64,000 nt of DNA from Lingula anatina (Eukaryota; Animalia; Brachiopoda). Positions 26,090 through 37,029 of the stretch are shown here, piece by piece. The stretch is taken from the NCBI GenBank assembly GCA_051362555.1, contig CM120646.1:2976001-3040000 (forward strand). Reading direction: 5' to 3'. The position numbers and the translations under genes were made by a program. The notes beneath the pieces are model-generated. The model had not been told where the DNA came from, made no database searches, and saw nothing but the letters and a program-made list of their open reading frames with translations. Within the stretch, counting starts at the first letter, position 1; every line of letters starts with the position of its first letter.

Positions 26090-26330
26090 AAAAACTCTAA
26101 CAAGTATTATTATATATATCGAACTGACTTATTTCCCATTTTATTTATTACCCGTTTCGAAATAAATTGCGTAAGGCGTCTTCCGTCGTGTGTTGAAAGG
26201 TCCTTTTCACATTCAGCGATACGTTTAACTGGACCGGCCCACTATGAGAGATAGACAGTTGATTAATCCATTAAACCATTACGTAAGACAGTCACCTAAG
26301 TCACCACGCTTGGAACGGCCAATTAATTAA

Positions 26331-26651
26331 CTGGATAACAACTGTTCATTTTGTCCAAAAATGGATTTTCCTGGGGTAAACAAAATTTTAGCATACTAAA
26401 CAATGGGCAATGAATGATATCGTTCTGGCTTCAAAAGTTGGTACATGTTTATTTTTCTAAAAAGGTTGTTTTTTCTGTAATAATCTCTTTAGAGATTTGG
26501 AGGTCACGTGATTTGGAGGTCAAGCTAGATTCCAGAATAATTGCAATAACCGCCGTTTTTGGTGGTAAAGTAGAATCATTTATACATCTATGTGTTGTTT
26601 ACAATGCATTTATTGCGAAATATGAATCTCATACTAAGAGTTGTTAGCCCT
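26331..26651. mobile_element. Diverged copy of the TTAA-TSD Kolobok-like MITE
   Basis: Interior similar to 7384-7719 (TTTTCCTGGGGTAAACAA, GGAGGTCACGTG); ends AAGAGTTGTTAGCCCT|TTAA, with TTAA on the left flank. Confidence 0.6.
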
Positions 26652-27483
26652 TTAAGTTTACCGCAGGAAGCGAAGTTATGGACAACTGTAGCATAATGTC
26701 ATGTTAGGGCCTCTCAGGACCGCTCGATGTGAAATGGGCTTCGGTGACCGTGTTTTTGACATAATGCCGCTGTAATAACACAAACAGATTCATAATGAGA
26801 TATGTTTAATATGAGCAAGTTACATATGAGAGTATATGAAAAAAATTAAAGTCAACAACGAGATCACATCAATTTTTTATATGTTATAAAAATTAAAAAA
26901 ATGTTTGATTTAAAATGCTAATTACTTAATCTCAGTAATAAGCATTGAGAGAGGACTAGGACCAACCCACCAGACACGCAAGGTCTTTCTTATGAGATCA
27001 CGATGAAACACAGGGAACAGAATTTCTCTTATTCTCTTAATTTAACAGTGAAAGTTTTTCGACGACCCTGCTAGTTAGTACAGTCGCCAACTCTAACTAT
27101 AGCACTTGAGCAAAATGACCAAATTTAAAGTTTTACACCCGTTGTTCAATTGTCCACAACTTTTGGACTTTGCGCGGCCTTTAAGTAGAGGCATTCTCAA
27201 TGAAAAAAATTGTTCCCTCCATTCTGGCTTCTAGTTAAGCGTGCATGCTGCATTGCAGGGACATTAAGTCTGCAGTTCGACCGAAGTCTGACAGTATTTT
27301 GTGAATTCCCTGGATACGGTTAAATATAGCACAGTTTTAACACTGCATCACTACCGTAGTTTTTTTTCACCCCAGCAGATGGACTGCAGGCAAAACAAAC
27401 AAACAAACAAACAAACAAAAATATAAACAACAAATTCTGCAAGTATATGTACATTTGGCGGAGCACCTCATACTTTCATGCTA

Positions 27484-28203
27484 TTAACATTCCTCGCACG
27501 GTTGTTCACTTAATGCGACATATGTATTTTTCGTTTTCGTCCTCGTTTTGTGCTTATTTTGGCTGTGGACTACTCCATTCGCCACGCCCTCAGATATAGC
27601 TGGAATCGGTTGCAGCTGTGAATTTGGTCTGTCTTGACCATCGTTTTCAACGCCCTCTGCTGGGCCGAGTTCCGTCTCGTCCAAAGACGTAAAATTGAAA
27701 GCGTTTCCATTTCGTTTATTAGCAGCCATGTCTCTTTGATATTTCATATACCTTTTCACTTTCCTACCCCACACACAGAGGAAGGCGATAAAAGCTATTG
27801 TCAGCGTGAGCACCACTACCACGGATATCACGAGGGGATGATGACCCGTGAGAGCACCGTAAGGACCGTGGTGATGCTGGATCAACCACGTGCTGTCAAG
27901 AAGATCACGTGACGCGGCATCTCTTTCCTCGTACAACAGATGCGTCTTGTTGTGGATGGATAAAATGCCGAAGCTGGGAGCGCCGTTGAGTGGAATTTTC
28001 TTGGCACACCATGTTTCTGCATAAAGCAATAGAAAAATTGTTAAGCATAAAAACCGATTAACTAAAACATTTGCAATTCTTAAAAATAAAATCATCTGAA
28101 ACGATCAATCTATTCTGCAAACTCAAAGTCAAATCCCATTTCTCGTTATATATAAGGCTATAAGTATTTCTTAAAATCATATATTAGTTTCTAAAGGCTA
28201 ATT

Positions 28204-28240
<37 letters not shown>

Positions 28241-31200
28241 TATGGAAAAGAAGATATCAATACCTCGACAAAGTTCTGTCGACGTCGATATATTATCACA
28301 AGTCAGCGCCCCAGTATTGATATACACAGTTCCCGCGGGATCCAAGTAACTTTCCGTCTTCACTTTCCCTTTATAAACGGGCCAGGTTCGCTGGAAGAGG
28401 TTATCCTGAGCCGTGAGAACGAGATCCACTCCCTGTGTGTGCATCAACTCTTCAAGTCTGCAAACAATATTAGAACACATGTACACGGCACAGAGGACGA
28501 ATTGCCGGGGTGACAGGAATGGATATCCCCCAGGAACCCTAGTCCGTTCCCCATTACTTTGTACAGGTGACATTTGTCCCAATTACTAACCCAATACTCC
28601 AAGTGACCCTAACCTGTACTAATCATATGGAAGCCAGGCCTTCCATTCCGAAGGCTACCATTCCTACTACACCTGTGTATAATAAACAGATCTAGAGTTT
28701 TTTTTTGAGTTGTGAGCGGATGACCAAAATTAAAAAAAGGACATTGTTTTCCTTTTGCATATTGTCAGCAAGTTAGGCAGTCGAGATGGGACTGGAGAGA
28801 TACAGCCATTTACACATACTAATATTGCCTTGGTTTGCCAAAAAAAAATTATAACAGGTATGAAATCAATAATAAATATCTCCCTCATGCCCACCGTGAG
28901 CATATACTACCATTCATAGTTCTGCTCATATTAAAAAACAATCTAATTTCTAAATTAAAAAATATATAAGACATTGCAAAAAAATACCGTAATGCGTGTA
29001 TATGTGTGCGTGTGTGTGTACGTGCGTGGCGCGTGCCTCTAGAACAGATTCCACTAAAGTTCCCAATCAAAAATGAACTGCACAGGAAATCAGTTTTGTC
29101 TTCTTTTTGTCAGTCACTATTACTACTATTTCTACTACTACTAGTACTACTACTACTGCTACTGCAACTGCTTCTACTGCTTCTACTGCTACTACTTCTA
29201 CTACTTACTCGTCCCTAAGAACAGCGGAGTTGGCGTAACAGGAGGGGGTCCCTGAACAATAAAGCGGTTGGTTTAGCATCACGATAATCCACGGACGGTC
29301 ACTTCGCTGCTTCTGGTTGTTAGCCGTCTGTAGGTCTTGGATAAGCCAGCTATATTGTTGTTGTGCCAAGTATTGGTTGGATAGAAAGTAAACTTCCGAT
29401 GAGATACTGAAAATCGAGATGAAGAGAGACGTATATCGTGAAACAGTTGTTCTGCAAACGTTTTCTTTCCTGAGAAATACTGAACCTAATGCTTTCGATC
29501 AAAACACCAGACAAACAAACAAACAAACAAATAAATAAATATGGCATAATAAAATATGGTATTTCATGACAAAAGTTCTGTCTAACAGATATTGGGAGGA
29601 GTTAAGGGTGCGGCTACCTATTCATAATTCTGAGAAAATGAAAAGTATGAGCACGCGCTTGTTAGTGTGCGTACGAGCATAGCGTGTGTGTATGTGTGCG
29701 TGTGTGCGTGTGCGTGTGTGTGTGTGTGTGCAAAATGTGATTGCTCAGCTACTTAATAATAATAATAATAAAATAGTAATAATAAGAGAAACCTGTAACA
29801 AAGAAGACCCAGTTTCTGCATGCTATCCTGTGTCTATATAATATCAGTAACATGTTACAAAGTTGGAGTGACAAAGTGCAGGACTATAAAGACGCGTTAA
29901 ATACATGTACCACTTTTTGTTAATCTTATTAAGACAAATAATACTTTTTATCATATTTCAACATATTTATACCATGAATTAATGTCGCAAAAATAATCTA
30001 ATTTACGACCTCCTGACGAACCCTGCCAAAGGAAGTGCAATAAATGAGCTCGTATGGATTGCGGGATTTGAAAAAAAATTGCTTAAGCGATAGCGTGGAA
30101 TACGCACATTTGAATTTTTTTAGATTGTTACAGAGTTATGGCGAGCACCAGAAAAAATGAAGCCAAAGCTTGGTTAGTCAAAGACAAATGTCATTCACTG
30201 CTGCAAGATCAGGAAAAATGAGATTTTCTAGCGAAATTCCCACACTGTGCACCAGGCATCCACTGGGTACATGTACCTTACCTTACTATGTGCGCCCTGC
30301 CTATGTCAAAACTATACCAGAGATCTTGTTGAGGCCAAACCACGCCTGGCATGGAGAAGATCTTCCTATAATGGTTAAAGTTGTCGGTGATATCTGAAAT
30401 GTGAGAAGGGATGGGTTATATGTGATTTATATACATTTAGACAGGTGTTTTCGCCTTTAAAACATAGCTAGCAGGGCCGTAGCCTCCGGGGGGGGGGGGG
30501 GGGGGGGGGGGGGGCATGGGGGCAGCTCCCCCCCCTGGGATTTGAGGTACAAAAACAAAATAATAATCGCAAAGGTAAAAAAAATTGCAAAGTTGGTATC
30601 AATTCTGTGAGAAAATGCACGGATTGGATCTCTTGCTTGTCCATGCACAGAGGAAGAAACTTTATTCCTGATCCTGAGACAATCTACGAAATGAAGTCCA
30701 ATTGGCGTGTTGTGTTGAAAAAATGACTGTACTTATGGCAAAATGAACCCACAATTTCTGACTTCTGATTGAGCAATAAATAACAGTTAAAATGCACCAG
30801 AATGCAGTATTATACATACAGTTTTTAAAAATTTTCCACACCGTGGTAGGGGGACACGTTACTTTTTATTAAAATTTCTTTCGCAGTACATATTTGTTCG
30901 TTTAAAGCAATATTATCAATTCATCAATTGATTTAATTTTTTATTGGTCATTTCTATTTACTTCACTTTACACAAAACTGTACGCTTGAGCGATTTCCAC
31001 TGGCCTTACCCGCTTTCCCCGTGGTTGTAAAGATAGGAATCCATGCTGCCATATCAGCCATCGTCTTCAAGTAATCTTCATAATTCTAGTCAAATAAAAC
31101 GACATTTTGAAAAAGTTTTATGAAAAGCAAGTCATGAATACATAAACAATGGGCATTTGATAACTTATAGATGGTATTCCTCACCCTGAGCTTCAGAGAT

Positions 31201-32638
31201 AACTTGACACTAACCTCTTCACAATAGCCTATCTTCATCGTGTCAAGTTACCTCTGACCACATTCGATTGCCCCCGCCGCCCGCCAATCAAATTTAAAGG
31301 CCGCACTCAATGACTCATTGAACGATCTAGCCAATGAACGCGAACGAGTCAAAGCGCGCTTTGTTCAAATCCGGACCAATCAGAGATAAGGCTCAATATC
31401 AGGGACTTGCCGTAACCTGTGGGCAGCACGCAAAATACATCATCCCTCAGTAGATAATGATGCAGGGCCTCAAACTGCTCTGGTTTCAATTCCGATATAC
31501 TCATATTTTGCAAAAAATCAAGAGATAACTTAACACATTATTTTACGTAGTCACTCGTAGAAGACGCCATGCTTTCTTTGTGTACGGTTATGCACTCGGC
31601 ACTACTCGGATGTCTCCGCACTCGACAATAACTTGTTGTCAGTATGGAGCTTGCGGAATCAGCCGAGGATTACCGATTGACGGTCAACCAATCAGCGTTT
31701 TCACCAAACTTTGGTGAAAAATTTTGAAACTTGGATTCGATTGGCTTATATAAACTAGGTCAAACTATTTTCGTCAGAGGTAACTTGACACGATGAAGAT
31801 AGGCTATTGTGAAGAGGTTAGTGTCAAGTTATCTCTGAAGCTCAGGGTGGGTATTCCTAGAATTAAAATCAATTTCCTTAATTACAGATAGAACTCCTTC
31901 ATATAAAAACACTGATAATATCATAAAATAGAATGTACTAGTATGAACGATTAGTTTAATTTCTTAACATGCTTTACTCGTATTAAATAATTATTATTAA
32001 TCTTTAATTTCAATCACATCACTTTAAAGGGGTAATAACTCTTCGTTTCGGCCAAAAAAATGAATTTTCCTGGAGTAAACAACAATTTTCCCATACTTAC
32101 CAATGGTTAATGAATCCATTTTTATATTCAAAGTTAGTCCCTTGTTTTTTTCTAAAAAGTTTGGTTTTTTGTTAAAATCTCTTAAGAGATTTTAACAGAG
32201 CATAGCCATCAATGGAGGTCACGTGGTCTAAAGACAAGCTAAGATATCAGAAAAAATAGCTATAAATGCCGTTTTTATGGTAAAACAAAATATATTATAT
32301 TTCTATGAGTTATTCACAATGTTTTTATTGTGAAATATAGATCTCATACGAAGAGTTATTATCCCTTTAATTACAACCGCATCTTTCACAGCCTACGTTA
32401 CCTGATCACAGCCAAACTTGCCGAGGTTAAGGACTCCCGAAAACCTGTGGTCTCTCTGGACCCCCTGAGCCAGCTGATGGTGAGTGTCCAGTGTGGTCTG
32501 GTGAGGACTGTGGTAGACCAGGAACTCTGGACGATAGTCCTTGAACACGAGGTGGAGGATTCAGTAGAGAGGAGAATTTTAATATTGACGTGCAGCTTGG
32601 AGTGAGACTACAGGTGGGGACATCTGGCGGGTAATCGC

Positions 32639-32680
<42 letters not shown>

Positions 32681-32886
32681 ACATGAGGCACAGTGTGCAC
32701 AGGACGATGATTACAGTTAATCACTCTAGTCTGCTAGTCACAAAATCCCGAGAGAAACGAAGAGAGCAGGCCATTGAGCAGGTAACCTGGGTAACACAAC
32801 GTTACTATAGTTACACAGCATCACCATCCCCTAGGTTACATTACGTCCCAAGTGGGGCTATTGTACACAATTAACTTAGCCCGGTA

Positions 32887-32935
<49 letters not shown>

Positions 32936-34202
32936 TCACCAAACTTACCATACTATCTGGCCAGGTTCGGAAGGTATAACTAACGTGTCCCCCTTCCACA
33001 GTGTAAGGCTGATACATGTACTCAACGCCAGGTGACAAACCCTGAACAGATAATACACAACCTTAGTTCAACCATCATAATTGGAGTGACGCAAAGACTT
33101 CTTGTTCGTGACAACGGGTATTAAGAAGTACAGATCTTTGTAGTACGTATTACTACCTAATTGCTGCTTTAAACATTTGAATGCGATATCAAAAGATTCA
33201 CGTTAACCCAAGGCTACTTAAAATCTATTTTTCCTGACGTCAAAGAACTTAAATGCATATGTTCTTTAGAATAATATAATTCTAAGAGGATGATGAAACT
33301 TATGAAGATAAGTGTGCATCTTTGTTTGATCAAAGTCAGGTCAATGTTTGTCTGATTTCTAGGCAAACTATCATCAATGATTCAAGTGAAACAATGAGCT
33401 TGAAACATGCATATGAAATTCAAAAGGTGATAAATAACAGTTTGTCAACTCAACTTGCTACAAATATGCTACAAATAAATAAATAAATAATTAAATAAAT
33501 AAATAAACTTACCATTGCAAAAGCCCTGTGTATGACGTACTCGCTTAAAGAGTTAGAATGGTTTTCCTTCATTTGAAACGACCAACTTTCCAATATGAAC
33601 GGCTTCCCGGTGGCCATGTTGTGTCCACGCACCGAACCCTCTCTGGTCAACGCCGTGGTCCACATGATGGTCATCTGTCCAGTCTTATGACCGGGGGTGA
33701 TGTGGACACCATCACAGGCCCGGCTGGGTGAACCTGGTGGACCGAATTATTGAACTATAATTATGGACCATAATGCGAATTTTTCTGGGGTCAGAAATGA
33801 CTCAGCTGACTGAGTCGGTTGTTTAATCTGTTTGTGTTATTCCTGTTAATGGATCAAGTTTTATTTATTTTTTGTGAGGGCCTACTTTCACTCTTCTATA
33901 TTACAAAAGAATTATAGGACAAATACGACAAACATTATGTTACTGACAGCCCCGAGGTTTACTTTTTCATAAAAACATTTTAATCTATAAGGTGCATGTA
34001 TGTTAGTTTAAAAAATTCGATAGTGCCAATGATAAAAAATATTATGGGGCAAAATTACATAAAACAAAAGTAACCTAGAGAAAATGCAAAAGGAATAAAA
34101 AATACCTTCTCCTCCAACTACGATGATGAAATACGAAGCAATCACGAAGTACAGCGTTGCGTTCCTGAGGCGGCTCTTCCCGGCTTCCAGGATGACACGC
34201 AT
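27484..34202 (-). CDS. Purple acid phosphatase (ACP7)-like type I membrane protein with degenerate metal-binding motifs (probable pseudo-phosphatase)
   Basis: Nine phase-consistent exons: 34202-34106, 33733-33513, 33041-32949, 32539-32402, 31085-31010, 30393-30282, 29406-29209, 28457-28264, 28016-27484 (1662 nt, 553 aa). N-terminal hydrophobic leader; PAP-N domain (VHIT...MTIMWTT, GLSPGVEYMY, YTFRT); LWYSFDIG, QYSWLIQDL, RPWIIVM..PLYCS, LEELMHTQGVDL, RTWPVY; TM VISVVVVLTLTIAFIAFLCVW. Confidence 0.85.
28505..28675 (+). mobile_element. MITE family C copy 3 (intronic)
   Basis: GGTGACAGGAATGG ... CCATTCCTACTACACCTG; interior matches 17672-17840. Confidence 0.65.
29116..29205. repeat. Degenerate (CTA/CTG)n trinucleotide repeat
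   Basis: ctactactactagtactactactactgctactg... in an intron next to a splice donor. Confidence 0.8.
31182..31849. mobile_element. Non-autonomous Mutator-like (MULE) element
   Basis: 77-bp perfect TIRs (31182-31258 and 31773-31849) and a perfect 9-bp TSD GGTATTCCT (31173-31181, 31850-31858); no ORF. Confidence 0.85.
32028..32366. mobile_element. Non-autonomous TTAA-TSD element (Kolobok-like MITE), copy 2
   Basis: TTAA|AGGGGTAATAACTCTTCGT ... ACGAAGAGTTATTATCCCT|TTAA; near-identical to 7384-7719. Confidence 0.8.
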
Positions 34203-34867
34203 GTTATGGCTATCACTTCTTGGACGAACGATTGACGGTTCTCTTCAATGTGATGACGATGGTCAACTTATACAAGTCTCGCGTGACTCTCCCAGTAGAA
34301 CAATTCATCAAGCCCTCTATATTGACAGGGAATATTCCATTAGAGTTTTCAATATAGTCAAATAGATTAATCCATCAAATGTCATTACATAATAAAGTGT
34401 GCAAATCCGTCAGATTCCGCCACATAGTCAACAAGAATCTCCCGCTGGGTTCCTCAATATAATCATCCAGAATACTCAAGCGGATTTCTCAGCAGGAGAA
34501 TGCCGTTTAATCAGATAGCACTTATGATATATATATAATCCCCCGCTGATTTCTGACAGTTGCATTGTGCATGGTGTCGGTTAGTGACATTTACATAGAC
34601 TGAAACAGTTTAAAGGCCTACTGTGGTCTAGGAGCACAGAGCGTTCACTGCTTTTTTTACAGTATAAAAACTATAAATCGACGTCAAAAAATTGTTCTTT
34701 TTAAGTTTTAGAGAGAAAAGATGAGATTTAGATGAAAAAATTCTGATTGGTCAGTTTCTAGTGACGTATCCCGGGGAGTAGCTTCCCACAGCTGTACTAG
34801 TAATAGTATAGGCCTATAGGCCTACTATGCAGTAGGTGACTAAACATCCAGGTGTCAGAAAAACAAA

Positions 34868-36982
34868 ATGCCGCAAAGTTGTGTTGCTCCCGGGTGCCGT
34901 AATGTAGGTTACGATAAGAAAGACATCTGCTATTATGTCCTGCCTGCGGATGCCGCAAAACGTAAAATTTGGCTCAATTCTCTGAAGTTAAAAAATCCCA
35001 GCACAGTGTCAAAACACGCGAGGATCTGTAGCGACCACTTCGAGCCGGAATGCTTCGTACGTGACTTGCGAGCTGAATTGTGCGGTGGAAAAGCACGGAG
35101 AAAACTAAAAGATGATGCTGTACCCAGTATATTCGATTTTTCGGAGTACCAAAATGCGACAGTAAATGCCAGAGCGCTGCCGACGAGAGTCTTACCTGTA
35201 GGATGTGTGCATGATGCGGCCGTCGAAAGGAAGAAGAGAGCAGCTTCTAGAGCCCAAAAAAAGTTCGTAGCAGAGGTACGTTGTCGAATTTTTTTATTAT
35301 GTTAGTGAAAACTTTAATATTAACATGATAGTGGAATCAAATTTTTACTCGACATACTGCTGCACTGATCACGTGTAAGGCGGAAGTAGCGAGGTAAGTT
35401 GCAGAGGTGTGAAATGTAGTGTCCGATGCTATCAGTCCGATATCTTTGGCCTTTTGTCCACTGACCTGGCTCTCCGGGAATGACACTGGTAAACTGCACG
35501 GGTGTGAAAAATAATGTTAGCTGTCACACCTGCATGTATTAGGTAACTTTCTCTTATCAGTCGGGATAAGAAAGTTCAGCCGACGCGACAGATGGGCATG
35601 TGTGAAAAACTATGTTCGCTGCCCTGCTTCCAAACCTTTACTGTTAACATAGTTTTGGTGTATTTTGTTGGTTAATAAATGATAACCACGTAGGGAATTC
35701 ATCTTCTTTTGTGTATCTATCTTCAAAAATTTGAATTTATAAATGATCATGTAGTAATCAATTGCGTGTATCGCTATTAGTTTGCACTGCTAGCAAGCGC
35801 CTAAAGCCTTTGCCCTTTGGTCTAAAGTTCATATTACCTGTCACACGCAGAGATAATATTTTTTTGAAAATTTGTTAAATCTAAACATGCATTTACTCAA
35901 AATTTTGCTGACATATTTTTGTGTAATGCAGATGGAACATTCATGGTTAGGATTCTGAAATAGTGATTATTTTGTCTAGTAACAACATAAATCCACATGA
36001 TGTAAGATTTCGATTTTATACATTTTTTTTTTCAGATTCACAATATAATAGATTCTGAAATGATAGTCCAGAAGAGAGATACTGTGCCTCATTCTGAAGA
36101 GAGTCTGCCCACAGATATGCTTGCAGAAGTTTCTAACAGACTGCCAGTTAATTGTTTGTCCCAGGATCTCAGTGACCAGCTCAGTCAGTGCAACTCACCC
36201 TGCTGTAATGGACAGCCAGCGCCATGCCCCTCTCCATGCTGTAATGGACAGCCAGCGCCATGCCCCTCTCCATGCTGTAATGGACAGCCAGCGCCATGCC
36301 CTTCCCCATGTTGTAATGGAAAGCCACCCCCATGTCCTTCTCCCTGCTGTAATGGACTGTTTATGTGCCAGTCACCTTGCTGCCAAAACCCTCCACCACA
36401 ACAGTCCACTCCAATGAAATGCAACAATCTGTCAGATTGTTTGGACTTCAGTGACCTATCATTTCACCCAGATCATGATTCCACTTATATACAGGACACC
36501 GACAGTGAGTCAGAATGGGAAAGTCCAGATGAAGAGGCGGAGAAAGATGACACTGACCCAGTGACTGACACAAAATGCCTAGTATTTCATAATCAGTTGA
36601 AAGGTCTTTTTGAGAAGTGCTTGGGGGACAAATTTTGTGCCGCGCCAGTGGTGGACAGGAAAGAAGAATGGTGTGGCAGCATGTTAACTGTCAAAGGTAC
36701 CTGTCTAAACCATCACGATTTTGTCTGGCGTTCGCAGCCGGTTGTGAACAAGCAACCTGTAGGAAATATATTATGTGCAGGTGCAATTTTGTTTACTGGG
36801 AACACTTTTACTTCATTCAAAGAAATCACTGAGGCTCTCAACTTGAAGACCATCCAGGAGAGGCAATTTTACGCTATACAGAAAAAACACCTTTTGCCAT
36901 GTGTTAACCAAATGTGGAAAATTCACCAGGAACAGCTTTTGTCAGGTCAGTGGATATAAAGTCTGTATCATCAACCGTAATG

Positions 36983-37029
<47 letters not shown>

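Noticed and set aside
32540-32607. Longer exon 4 of the phosphatase-like gene using the acceptor at 32608
   Set aside because: That frame loses similarity to the phosphatase fold and breaks phase with the next exon; the acceptor at 32540 fits.
34868-35305. Stand-alone host THAP transcription factor or P element
   Set aside because: It splices in frame to a Kolobok-type DDE core, and the TSD is TTAA rather than the 8-bp TSD of P elements.
36121-36427. Alternative-frame repeat ORFs (HAVMDSQR and GEGHGAGCPLQH)
   Set aside because: Other-frame and antisense readings of the 36-bp coding repeat.
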